Below the pieces are notes generated by a model. It did not search any database. It was not told the DNA's origin and saw only the letters and a list, made by a program, of their open reading frames with translations. From Actinomycetota bacterium (lineage in GTDB: Bacteria > Actinomycetota > Acidimicrobiia > Acidimicrobiales > Aldehydirespiratoraceae), in the NCBI GenBank assembly GCA_039188975.1, contig JBCCYT010000002.1, positions 3,021 to 67,020 on the forward strand: a stretch of 64,000 bases of DNA, read 5' to 3'. This document shows positions 9,683 through 19,076 of the stretch, piece after piece. Position numbers and translations under genes: made by a program. The stretch's first letter is position 1, and each line of letters begins with the position of its first letter.

Positions 9683-10005
9683 GAGCGGGTGAACGACGAT
9701 GCTCGTTCGACTCGAGCAATCCTGAGTTCGTACCAGTCGTACCAGTCGACGCGGCCCGACGACTGCGCGTCGAGGTGCTCAGGATCGGTGCGCCACGCCT
9801 CGACGGCCGCTTCGTCGCGCCAGTACGACACGGTGATGCCGGTACCGCTGTCATCGCGAACCGATTCGATGCCGAGAAAGCCATCGATGCGATGCGCAAG
9901 CTCAACCATGCGAGCCGCCGTGCGGTCGTAGTCAGGATGGTCACCCGGCACCTGCCGATTGGTGAAGATCACGGCCAGGTACGGCGGCTGCGGAGTGGAC
10001 GCCAT
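9679..10005 (-). CDS. Antibiotic biosynthesis monooxygenase (ABM) family protein
   Basis: PPYLAVIF, GFLGIES, GITVSYW...W...EH...Q..GR..WY; stop overlaps the qng1 start. Confidence 0.85.
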   Translation of the reverse strand: MASTPQPPYLAVIFTNRQVPGDHPDYDRTAARMVELAHRIDGFLGIESVRDDSGTGITVSYWRDEAAVEAWRTDPEHLDAQSSGRVDWYDWYELRIARVERASSFTRS

Positions 10006-10015
10006 GGGCCAGAAC

Positions 10016-11473
10016 TTAGAGGCGGCGGGCGCGCTTCCAGGCGGAATATGCGGCGAGGTGATGCAGCGAACGAACCGCCCGACCGGCTGACGCGTGGCAC
10101 AGCCGCCCCAACGACTTCAGCGTCGCCGGAGCCGGGTTTGACGGGTCGGCGTTCGCGAGTTCGGTCGCGACCATGATCGGTGTACCGGTGGCGGCGCTGA
10201 TCTCGGCCGCGGCTTCCGCATAACGAGTGTCCTGACGCTCATGGAAGCCGACGATTCGTTCCAGACCATGCTCGGGGTAGAACGAACCACGTCGCATCAT
10301 CGCCGCCGTATTCGACTGGATTCCGACGCCCAGCAGCACCGCAGCATCGACCTCCGGGTGCTCAGCGACGAGCTGCAAGATCTCCGGCACCGTGTCCCGC
10401 GTCTCGCCCCCGGCCATGTCGACCGGATTGTTCTTGCTCCATCGGGGCGGGAGCTTCTCGTCGATCGCCGCCATCAGATCATCGGGGAGTGCGGTTGGAA
10501 CGAGTCGGGTGTCGGCCATGGCGTCGACGGCGGCGACGCCCCACCCGCCAACCGTTGTGACGACGACGACTCGATCGCCCGTCGGCAGCGGTTGCGTGGC
10601 GAGCGTCGCGGCCGCCTCGAACGCCTCCTCCACATCCTTCGCTCGGATCAGGCCGGCCTGGCGACACATGCCGTCGAAGACCGCATCGTCGCTGGCCAGG
10701 GCGCCGGTGTGAGAAGCCGCGGCGCGAGCACCCGCCGCCGAGGCGCCGCCCTTCACGACGACGATCGGCTTCCTCGCCGCAAGGGGCTTCATGCGTTCGA
10801 ACATTTCGCGGCCGTCATCGACCGATTCGATGTACACGAGCGAGACGGCCGTTTCCGGATCGTTGGTGAAATAGTCGAGATAGTCGGCGATACCCAGCAC
10901 GGAAGCGTTCCCTGCAGCAACCGCTCTCGAAACGCCCACGCCGGTGTGGTTGGCGAGGTTGAGAAACGACGAGACGAAGTTCCCTGACTGGCTCGCGATG
11001 GCGATCTTTCCTGCGGGCGCATACGGGGCGACGATTTGGGCACACATCTTCGATGGCGTCGACACAACACCCTGCCCGTTCGGTCCGGCGAGGGCGATGC
11101 CGAGCTCGTCGCACAGCGCAACGAGCCGCTGTTCCATCTCGATGCCTTCAGGGCCAGCCTCGCGGTAGCCGCCCGCCGCGCAGAACGCAGCGGTGACACC
11201 CTTGGCCGCGGCCTGGCGCAACAGTCCTTCGTTGATCGCCGGTGGTGTGCAGATGAAGAGCATGTCGGCCGCGCCGTCGGGGATATCGTCGATCGAGCCG
11301 AGCACCTGCTGGCCGAGCACCTCGCCCGGCTCGCGGCTGACGGGAAACACGGCGCCCTCGTAGCCGCTGGTGAGAAGGTTGTGCAGCGTCACGAACCCGA
11401 ACTTTCCCGGGTGGTTCGACACGCCGGTGATGATGATGCCCTTCGGGTCGAACAGGGTGGAGAGATCGGTCAC
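10016..11473 (-). CDS. Acyl/acetate-CoA ligase (ADP-forming), alpha/CoA-binding subunit
   Basis: LFDPKGI, GPNGQG, SQSG, phospho-His motif ASHTGALA, NPVD. Confidence 0.88.
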   Translation of the reverse strand: MTDLSTLFDPKGIIITGVSNHPGKFGFVTLHNLLTSGYEGAVFPVSREPGEVLGQQVLGSIDDIPDGAADMLFICTPPAINEGLLRQAAAKGVTAAFCAAGGYREAGPEGIEMEQRLVALCDELGIALAGPNGQGVVSTPSKMCAQIVAPYAPAGKIAIASQSGNFVSSFLNLANHTGVGVSRAVAAGNASVLGIADYLDYFTNDPETAVSLVYIESVDDGREMFERMKPLAARKPIVVVKGGASAAGARAAASHTGALASDDAVFDGMCRQAGLIRAKDVEEAFEAAATLATQPLPTGDRVVVVTTVGGWGVAAVDAMADTRLVPTALPDDLMAAIDEKLPPRWSKNNPVDMAGGETRDTVPEILQLVAEHPEVDAAVLLGVGIQSNTAAMMRRGSFYPEHGLERIVGFHERQDTRYAEAAAEISAATGTPIMVATELANADPSNPAPATLKSLGRLCHASAGRAVRSLHHLAAYSAWKRARRL

Positions 11474-12135
11474 GACGCCACCTCTTCGAGCTCGATGAGC
11501 GCATCGACGGCGACCGGTTTTCCCTCCACCAGGATCAACGGATTGAGATCCGCCGATCGCACGCCCGTCTCTTCCGCCCCCACCCGGGCAAGCGCAACAA
11601 GCGCGTCGATGATCGCAGCGCGGTCGGCCGCCGGCTCGCCGCGGAACTCCTCGAACAGACGCTGTGTCTCGAGATCGTCGAGCATCTCGGCGGCGTCGAC
11701 CTCGGTGATCGGAGCCAGACGGAAGCTGACGTCGCGGATCGCTTCGGCGAGGATCCCGCCCACGCCCACCATCACCGTCATGCCGAACTGAGGATCGTCG
11801 TTGAGCCCCGCAATCAGTTCCCGATTGCCGTCGACCATCGTGGAAACGAGGACCTCGACATCGCCGTCCTCAGGCACCGCTTTGCCGAGAAGTTCGTCGC
11901 AGGCAGCGGCGAGCGCGTCGGGGTCGGAGATTCGGAGCCGAACCAGACCCCGTTCGGTCTTGTGGGCGATCGCTCGCCCGCACAGCTTCGCAACGACCGG
12001 GAAGGTGACCGTCGGGTCCGAGTCGACCGCCGCCAGCACCTCGGCGGTACTCGTGCCGGTGACGAAGGGGGAGACGGGAACGCCGTAGCCGGCGACCACC
12101 CGTCGCGATTCGGCTTCAGAGAGAGTGATGCTCAC
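11470..12135 (-). CDS. Acyl/acetate-CoA ligase (ADP-forming), beta/ATP-grasp subunit
   Basis: FPVVAK, AHKTERGLV, DPQFG, GVGGI, DLNPL; GTG start overlaps the galK stop. Confidence 0.85.
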   Translation of the reverse strand: MSITLSEAESRRVVAGYGVPVSPFVTGTSTAEVLAAVDSDPTVTFPVVAKLCGRAIAHKTERGLVRLRISDPDALAAACDELLGKAVPEDGDVEVLVSTMVDGNRELIAGLNDDPQFGMTVMVGVGGILAEAIRDVSFRLAPITEVDAAEMLDDLETQRLFEEFRGEPAADRAAIIDALVALARVGAEETGVRSADLNPLILVEGKPVAVDALIELEEVAS

Positions 12136-13280
12136 GCCGTGGGTTGTACCACGCGTGCCCCATCGACCGGCCAAACGACGTGAAAGGCCGGTTCGTCGGT
12201 CGACGGCTGTTCCGGCGGGGCGACGAACCGTTCGGCCATCTCGGCCACGAAGTCACCGACCTGGTCGACCGTGACGAGCGCGATGGCTGCGCCCGCAAAT
12301 CCGGCTCCGGTCATCCGTGCGCCGAGACAGCCATCGATGGTGCGAGCGAGCCGCACCGCTGCGTCGGGAGCCGGCCCGGCGACCGCGTAGTCGTCGGTGA
12401 GCGACTCATGGCTGGCATCCATCAGCGACCCCAACCGTTCGATGTCACCCTCTGCGGCGGCGTGGGCCGCAGCCCGGGTGCGTTCGTTCTCGGAGATCAC
12501 ATGGTGCGCACGTCGCCGGTCCACCGGATCGATGTCGACGCGACCGAGATCGTCGAGGCTCGCGTCGCGCAACGCCGCCACATTGAGCGCCGCCGCCACC
12601 CGCTCACACGCGGAGCGGCGCTTGGCGTATTCGGAGTCCACCAGCCCACGACGAGTGCCGGTGTCGAGGACGACGACGCGAACCGACTCCGGGAGGGGGA
12701 TCGGTTGCAGCTCCAGGCTGCGGCAGTCGATAAGCGACGCGGCCCCGGCCTCGCCGGCTGCCGAGATGAGTTGATCCATGATCCCGACGGGGACGCCGAT
12801 GACCTCGTGCTCGACTCGCTGCCCGATCCGGGCAAGGGTTGCGGCGTCGAGCGCATCGCCGACGAGGCTCACCAGCGCGGTTCCGATCGCCATTTCGAGC
12901 GCAGCTGACGACGACAGCGACGAGCCGGGGATGTCGCTGACCACCACACAGTCGAACCCGCCGACGTCGACGCCGTGGTCCGTGAGCGCCCACGCCATGC
13001 CGTGGAGATACCGCCCCCACCCCCCGGTCGCGGTCGGCGGGTCGCCGATCGAGAACTCGGTGGTGCCGAATCGTTCGCTGTGGCCGCACACCCGTCGGTC
13101 GGCACGTGGCGAGACGGCGACCGAGGTGCCGAACGGAATCGCCATCGGCAAGACGAAGCCGTCGTTGTAGTCGGTGTGGTCGCCGATGAGGTTGACGCGC
13201 CCCGGCGCAAGCGCAACGACCGAGGCAGAGCGCCCAAACGTCTGCAGGTGCAGCTCGGCGGCTACGTCAACGTTGACCAT
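12132..13280 (-). CDS. galK: Galactokinase
   Basis: APGRVNLIGDHTDYNDG, SLSSSAA, GIMDQ, GARMTGAGF. Confidence 0.92.
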   Translation of the reverse strand: MVNVDVAAELHLQTFGRSASVVALAPGRVNLIGDHTDYNDGFVLPMAIPFGTSVAVSPRADRRVCGHSERFGTTEFSIGDPPTATGGWGRYLHGMAWALTDHGVDVGGFDCVVVSDIPGSSLSSSAALEMAIGTALVSLVGDALDAATLARIGQRVEHEVIGVPVGIMDQLISAAGEAGAASLIDCRSLELQPIPLPESVRVVVLDTGTRRGLVDSEYAKRRSACERVAAALNVAALRDASLDDLGRVDIDPVDRRRAHHVISENERTRAAAHAAAEGDIERLGSLMDASHESLTDDYAVAGPAPDAAVRLARTIDGCLGARMTGAGFAGAAIALVTVDQVGDFVAEMAERFVAPPEQPSTDEPAFHVVWPVDGARVVQPTA

Positions 13281-13378
13281 TTTCTGAGCTTAATACTTGA
13301 CCGCACCCGTCACCGCCTGGAAACCTTCCCGAAATGTCAGACGGCGGGGGTCGTCTGACGCAACCCAGTGGAGGATTC

Positions 13379-14704
13379 ATGTCGAACTACCCCAGCCCGT
13401 CCGCGTGGGCACAGCACGTGTCGCGTCGTGGCGTTCTCAAGGGGGGTGCGGCCGCCGGTGGTTTGGTGGCCATGCCCACGATTCTGGCCGCCTGCGGCGA
13501 CGACGAGGGCAGCAGCTCCTTCTCGGGCTCGATCGGTGATGCCAGTGGCACGCTGTCGATCGGCTCGAACGCGTCGGATGACGCCCCGAAGGCGGGCCTC
13601 GCCGCCGTCGTGGCGGCGTTCCCGAACGAGAACGTCGAGACCACGATCAACACCCTTGATCACAACACCTACCAGGAGAACATCACGTCGATCCTGCAGG
13701 CCAAGGAGGACGACGTCCTCGCCTGGTTCGCCGGTTTCCGCAACAAGTTCTTCGCCGATCAGGGCCTCGTCGGCGACATCTCCGACGTGTGGGATTCCAT
13801 CTCCGGTCTCGGTGAGGGCTTCCGTGCAGCGTCGACCGCGTCTGACGGCAAGCAGTACTTCGTGCCGACCAGCTACTACACCTGGGCGGTCAACTACAAC
13901 AAGAACGTGTTCGACGAGAACGGCTACGCCATCCCGACCACCAAGGACGAGATGTTGGGCCTCGCCGAGCAGATGATGTCTGACGGCATCACGCCGTTCG
14001 CGTACGCCAACGACGGCAAGTGGCCGCTCATGGGCACCTTCGACGCCATCAACATGCGGGTCAACGGCTACGACTTCCACATCGACCTCATGGGTGGCAA
14101 CGAGTCGTGGACCGACGACCGTGTCCGCGCCGTGTTCACCGAGTGGGCTGAGCTTCTTCCCTTCGCCCAGGAAGGCGCCAACGGCCGTACCTGGCAAGAA
14201 GCGGCTGTCGACATGGAAGAGGGCCGCGCTGGCATGTACCTGCTCGGCACCTTCGCCGCATCCGCACTGGCCGACGCCTCGGTGATGGACTTCTTCAACT
14301 TCCCCGAGTACGACTCGGCCATCGGTGCCTCGGCCCTCGATGCCCCGATCGACGGCTACCAGATGGTGCAGGGCCCGGCCAACGAGGCCGCCGCCAAGGA
14401 AATGCTGCTCCACATGTCGACCGCAACCGCCCAGGACGCCTACCTGTCCGAGGATCCCTCGGTCGTGGCTTCCAACAGCGGCGCCAACACCAGCGTGTAC
14501 AACGACCTGCAGAAGAAGTCGGCTGAGCTCGCCAACGCCGCCACCGGCATCTCGCAGTTCCTCGACCGTGACACTATCCCGGACTTCGCGTCGGCGTGTG
14601 GTGACATGTTCGCCGAGTTTGTCGAAGACCCGTCTGGTGTCGACGCCGCACTCGCGGATCTGGAAGAGAAGAAGGTCGCCATCTTCGCCGACTTCAACTC
14701 CTGA
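13379..14704 (+). CDS. Carbohydrate ABC transporter substrate-binding protein (Tat lipoprotein)
   Basis: Twin-arginine SRRGVLK plus lipobox LAAC; DGKQYFVP; SD GGAGG at 13370. Confidence 0.9.
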   Translation: MSNYPSPSAWAQHVSRRGVLKGGAAAGGLVAMPTILAACGDDEGSSSFSGSIGDASGTLSIGSNASDDAPKAGLAAVVAAFPNENVETTINTLDHNTYQENITSILQAKEDDVLAWFAGFRNKFFADQGLVGDISDVWDSISGLGEGFRAASTASDGKQYFVPTSYYTWAVNYNKNVFDENGYAIPTTKDEMLGLAEQMMSDGITPFAYANDGKWPLMGTFDAINMRVNGYDFHIDLMGGNESWTDDRVRAVFTEWAELLPFAQEGANGRTWQEAAVDMEEGRAGMYLLGTFAASALADASVMDFFNFPEYDSAIGASALDAPIDGYQMVQGPANEAAAKEMLLHMSTATAQDAYLSEDPSVVASNSGANTSVYNDLQKKSAELANAATGISQFLDRDTIPDFASACGDMFAEFVEDPSGVDAALADLEEKKVAIFADFNS

Positions 14705-14713
14705 TTTCCGATC

Positions 14714-15715
14714 ATGGCTTCAGATCTCACCGAGACTCCTGAAGCTGCCGACGACTCAACGCCGTCGGCGCTCCGCAAGGAGCGTCGGCGGCGTTCGTCG
14801 TCTCGCAGCAGCGATCAACGCACCGTCGCCCTCATGGCGGGGATCCCATCGGTGCTGCACATCGGGCTGGTGTGGTTGCCCGCGATCGCCACCTTCTTTT
14901 TGTCGTTCACGAACTGGAACGGGTTCCGGTTCGACACGATCGACTGGGTCGGCCTCCGAAACTACCGCCAGCTCTTCACGGTGTTCGAAAAGGACCTCTA
15001 CGAGGCCTTGCTGAACAACCTGTGGGTGTTGGGCTTCTTGTTCGTCATCGCGACGCCGCTCGGCATGTTCTTGGCGTACCTACTCGACAAGAATCTCAAA
15101 GGCACCCCGATCTACCAGAGCGTCTTCTACTTCCCGGTCGTGCTCTCGCTCGCCGTCGTCGGCTTCATTTGGAAGTCGGTGATCTACTCACCTCGCCAGG
15201 GCCTGTTCAACACCGTGCTCGGCCGAACCGAGGAAGGCAACCAGATCGACTGGTTGGGCGACCCCGACTTCGTCATCTCGGTCACGAGCGACTACGGGCT
15301 CTCCAAGAACTTCCTCGCCCTGATCTTGCCGATGATCTGGCGTCACGCCGGGTACATCATGGTGCTCTATCTCGCAGGCCTCAAGAGTGTCGACCCGGCG
15401 CTGCGCGAGGCCGCCGCGATCGACGGCTGCACCGAATGGCAGTCGTTTCGACGGGTGATCTTCCCGTCGCTCAAGCCGGTGAACGTCGTGATCATCGTCA
15501 TCACCGTCATCGAGGCGCTGCGAATCTTCGACATCATCGACGTGCTCAACAACCCGATCGGCACCGACGTGTTGTCGATCCTTGTCACCGAGTCGATCCT
15601 GGGTGAGTCGAGCAACATCGGCCGCGGTTCTGCCTACGGCGTCATCTTGTTGCTGCTCTGCCTGATCTTCGTGGTCTGGTATCTGCGCAACACCTTCCGG
15701 GAGGAAGAAGTATGA
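14714..15715 (+). CDS. Carbohydrate ABC transporter permease
   Basis: WVGLRNY; EAA loop LREAAAIDG. Confidence 0.92.
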   Translation: MASDLTETPEAADDSTPSALRKERRRRSSSRSSDQRTVALMAGIPSVLHIGLVWLPAIATFFLSFTNWNGFRFDTIDWVGLRNYRQLFTVFEKDLYEALLNNLWVLGFLFVIATPLGMFLAYLLDKNLKGTPIYQSVFYFPVVLSLAVVGFIWKSVIYSPRQGLFNTVLGRTEEGNQIDWLGDPDFVISVTSDYGLSKNFLALILPMIWRHAGYIMVLYLAGLKSVDPALREAAAIDGCTEWQSFRRVIFPSLKPVNVVIIVITVIEALRIFDIIDVLNNPIGTDVLSILVTESILGESSNIGRGSAYGVILLLLCLIFVVWYLRNTFREEEV

Positions 15716-16578
15716 TCCAGAGCCGCCGTAATCAGATCCTGGCCCAGATCTTCTTGATCGCCCTTGCAGTGCTGTGGCTGCTGCCCATGCTCGGCATGGT
15801 GACGGCCTCGTTCCGCCCCTTCAGCGAGACCGCCTCCCAAGGTTTCTTCTCCTGGCCCGACACGCTCACGCTGGAGAACTTCGAGAATGCGTGGGAGCGG
15901 GGCAACATGACCCGCCACTGGGTCATCACGTTCATCGTGGTGATTCCTGCGGTGATCCTCGTGTTGTTCTTGTCATCGATGGTTGCCTACGTGGTGAGCC
16001 GCTACAGCTGGAAATACAACATCGCCCTGCTGATGCTGTTCACCGCCGGCAACCTGTTGCCGCCTCAGGCGATCGTTCAGCCACTGTTCCAGCTGTACAA
16101 CCGGATCCCGTTTCCCGAGATCCCGCTGCTTGCCGACACCGGCGAGCTGCGCGGGTCGCTGATCGGACTGATCCTCATTCATGTGGCGTTCCAGAGTGGA
16201 TTCTGCACATTCGTGCTCAGCAACTACATGAAGACGCTGCCCAAAGAGCTGAACGAGGCCGCCGCAGTCGACGGGGCCAGCGTCTGGCGCCAGTACTGGC
16301 AGATCGTGTTGCCGCTCACCCGTCCTGCGCTCGGCGCGCTCGGCACGCTGCAGTTCGCGTGGATCTACAACGACTACTTCTGGGCGGTCGTCTTGATCCA
16401 GAAGGGTGACAACCTCCCGATCACGTCGTCGCTGCGCAACCTGTCCGGTGAGTTCTTCACCGACGACAACCTTGTCGCCGCGGGTTCGCTGATCGTCGTG
16501 TTGCCAACGATCATCATCTACTTGGTCTTGCGCAAGCAGTTCATCGCCGGTCTGTCGGTCGGGGCCAGCAAGGGCTGA
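15712..16578 (+). CDS. Carbohydrate ABC transporter permease
   Basis: EAA loop ELNEAAAVDGA; C-terminal QFIAGL...KG. Confidence 0.92.
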   Translation: MIQSRRNQILAQIFLIALAVLWLLPMLGMVTASFRPFSETASQGFFSWPDTLTLENFENAWERGNMTRHWVITFIVVIPAVILVLFLSSMVAYVVSRYSWKYNIALLMLFTAGNLLPPQAIVQPLFQLYNRIPFPEIPLLADTGELRGSLIGLILIHVAFQSGFCTFVLSNYMKTLPKELNEAAAVDGASVWRQYWQIVLPLTRPALGALGTLQFAWIYNDYFWAVVLIQKGDNLPITSSLRNLSGEFFTDDNLVAAGSLIVVLPTIIIYLVLRKQFIAGLSVGASKG

Positions 16579-16580
16579 CC

Positions 16581-18662
16581 TTGCTTCACACCCTGTCGAG
16601 CGCTCGGCTCGAGCTGACGGTTGACGATGCCGCGGGCGGGCTAGAGGTCGTGCACCTCGCACGCCCGCTCGCCGGCGTCGAAACAGCAGTACTCGATGCC
16701 CCGGTTCCTGAGGCCGGTACTGACCAGCTTGCGCCGATCTCGGTGCTCGCCGAGGCGGCGGCGGGCTGGGGCGGGCGACCTGGCATCGCCGCTCATCGCA
16801 GTGGGCAGGCGGTCTTTCCTCGGCTGGGCCCGGCGATCGTGCATCGAGAACCCGGCGTTCTCCGCGCCGTCGCCGACGACCCCGGGACCGGCATTGCGGT
16901 CACCATCGACGCTCGACTCGACGATGCGGGGGTTCTCATCCTCACCGCAGAGGTCGAGAACCTCGGCGAACCACTGACCCTCGATGAGGTTTTGCTGACT
17001 GTGCCCGTGCCGTTTGCCTCGGAGCTGATGCAGATGGCGGGCCGATGGTCAGACGAATTCGACACGGTCCGAACGCCGTGGGCGTGGGGTTCGGTGGCGG
17101 TCGAGAACCGGTCGGGGCGAACCTCCCACACTCGCTTCCCGATGCTGTTTGCCGGTCGGAGCGGTTTTGGAGAGGAGTCCGGCATCGTCACCGCCATCCA
17201 CGTCGGATGGAGCGGCAACAGCCAGGTGCGAGCCGAACGGCTTCCGGACGGCCGACGCGTCCTCCAGGCCGGAGAGGTGCTGTTGCCCGGCGAGATCGTC
17301 CTCGGTCGAGAAGAGAGCTACCGGACCCCTCCGGTGTACGTGGCGCACTCGACGGCCGGTCTGAACGGCATCTCCGATGCTTTTCACGAGCACGTCCGGG
17401 CGCGATCCGTCCACCCTGATCGCCCTCGACCCGTGCTTCTCAACACCTGGGAGGCCGTGTACTTCCAGCACGACCTGGCGACGGTCACCGCACTCGCCGA
17501 CCGGGCCGCAGAGGTAGGTGTCGAGCGATTCGTGCTCGACGACGGCTGGTTCATCGGCCGTCATGACGACACTGCAGCGCTCGGCGACTGGGTCGTCGAC
17601 GAGGCGAAATGGCCAAATGGGCTCGGCCCGCTCATCGATCATGTCACCAGCCTGGGCATGGAGTTTGGCCTGTGGGTCGAGCCGGAGATGGTGAATCCCG
17701 ACAGCGATCTCTATCGGGCCCACCCCGACTGGGTGCTGGCCGACCCCCACCACGAACCCTTACTGGCCCGAGATCAGCTCGTCGTCGACCTCACCAACCC
17801 CGATGCGTATGCCCATGTGCGCGACGGCATGCTCGCCTTGCTCGACGAGTACGCGATCGCGTACCTCAAGTGGGACATGAACCGTGACCATGTCGCCCCG
17901 GTCGCGGTCGATGGTCGGCCAGGAACCCACCGCCAGACACGGGCGGTCTATGCCTTGATCGATGAACTGCGAGCTGCGCACCCCGGGGTCGAGATCGAGA
18001 GTTGCGCATCCGGTGGTGGGCGAATCGACCTCGGTGTTTTGGAACGTACCGATCGGGTCTGGACGAGCGACTGCAACGATGCGCTCGACCGGGTCAGAAT
18101 CCAGCGAGGCGCGTCCTATCTGATTCCACCAGAGCTCATGGGCGCTCACATCGGCCCGACTCGGTCCCACACAACCGGCCGGACGCACTCGGTTGCGTTC
18201 CGCGGTGCGACAGCGATGTTTGGCCACCTCGGGATCGAGTGGAATCTGCTCGAGGCGACCGATCGTGAGCGAGCCCAGCTGGTCCGGGTGATCGAGGCGC
18301 ACAAACGCCATCGGGACCTCCTGCACTCGGGCCGCACCCTGCGGATCGACACGGACGACCCGTCGCTTTCCGCCTTCGTCGTGGTCGGCGAAGAGCAACG
18401 CGAGGCCATCGTCTCGATCAGCCAAATCGCAACGTCGCAAGGGCTACCCGCAGGGACGGTTCGGATTCCGGGCCTGGATCCGCAGCGCCGCTACCGGGTC
18501 GAGCGCCTTGCGCTCGACGATCGACCGCTGGGCAAAGCGAAGCGTCAACCTCGGTGGCTCGATGGTGTGACCGTCCAGGGCGATCAGCTCGCAGGCAGCG
18601 GACTGACGTTGCCGGTGCTCAATCCGGAGACGGCGTTGCTGCTCCATCTTTCGGCGCACTGA
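16581..18662 (+). CDS. Alpha-galactosidase (GH36)
   Basis: NTWEAVYF, FVLDDGWF, FGLWVEPEM, YLKWDMNR, SCASGGGR, WTSDCND. Confidence 0.93.
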   Translation: MLHTLSSARLELTVDDAAGGLEVVHLARPLAGVETAVLDAPVPEAGTDQLAPISVLAEAAAGWGGRPGIAAHRSGQAVFPRLGPAIVHREPGVLRAVADDPGTGIAVTIDARLDDAGVLILTAEVENLGEPLTLDEVLLTVPVPFASELMQMAGRWSDEFDTVRTPWAWGSVAVENRSGRTSHTRFPMLFAGRSGFGEESGIVTAIHVGWSGNSQVRAERLPDGRRVLQAGEVLLPGEIVLGREESYRTPPVYVAHSTAGLNGISDAFHEHVRARSVHPDRPRPVLLNTWEAVYFQHDLATVTALADRAAEVGVERFVLDDGWFIGRHDDTAALGDWVVDEAKWPNGLGPLIDHVTSLGMEFGLWVEPEMVNPDSDLYRAHPDWVLADPHHEPLLARDQLVVDLTNPDAYAHVRDGMLALLDEYAIAYLKWDMNRDHVAPVAVDGRPGTHRQTRAVYALIDELRAAHPGVEIESCASGGGRIDLGVLERTDRVWTSDCNDALDRVRIQRGASYLIPPELMGAHIGPTRSHTTGRTHSVAFRGATAMFGHLGIEWNLLEATDRERAQLVRVIEAHKRHRDLLHSGRTLRIDTDDPSLSAFVVVGEEQREAIVSISQIATSQGLPAGTVRIPGLDPQRRYRVERLALDDRPLGKAKRQPRWLDGVTVQGDQLAGSGLTLPVLNPETALLLHLSAH

Positions 18663-19017
18663 GGTCGACCCGACACGCATCGGTTGCGCCTGGCATCTTG
18701 TGCCGGTTCTTTGCGATCCAGCCATAGATCGGCTTGGCGAGCCAGCTCACCGGTGGCCGAACGATCAGCTGGCCCGGCACCTGCCAGACACCGCCGGCTG
18801 CGATGAGCGATCGCCCAATCCCGAGGTGTCCTCGATGGGTCATGCCGTCATCGTCGACCCAGTACGCCGCTGTGGTCACGTCGTCCTCGCTCAGTCCGTA
18901 CGTTTCGATGTCGAGGATCTGCCACGGCGCCACCCGAACCTGATCGGGAAGGCGCCGCTCGATCCAGCCGGCACTCGTCGTGCAGAAGCCACAGTCGCCA
19001 TCGAAGATCAAGAGCAT
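18619..19017 (-). CDS. DCC1-like thiol-disulfide oxidoreductase (DUF393)
   Basis: N-terminal LIFDGDCGFC; Y.WIAKNR near the C-terminus. Confidence 0.85.
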   Translation of the reverse strand: MLLIFDGDCGFCTTSAGWIERRLPDQVRVAPWQILDIETYGLSEDDVTTAAYWVDDDGMTHRGHLGIGRSLIAAGGVWQVPGQLIVRPPVSWLAKPIYGWIAKNRHKMPGATDACRVDLSAPKDGAATPSPD

Positions 19018-19076
19018 GCGTCCATTGTCTCGCGCCGAAGGTGTCGCGCCACCTTGGGCCGGGCGAGACTCGTGTG

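Noticed and set aside
18619..18662. Convergent gene overlaps (also 2499-2522 and 19634-19667) as antisense regulation
   Set aside because: Short tail-to-tail overlaps are common in compact high-GC genomes; no further evidence of function.
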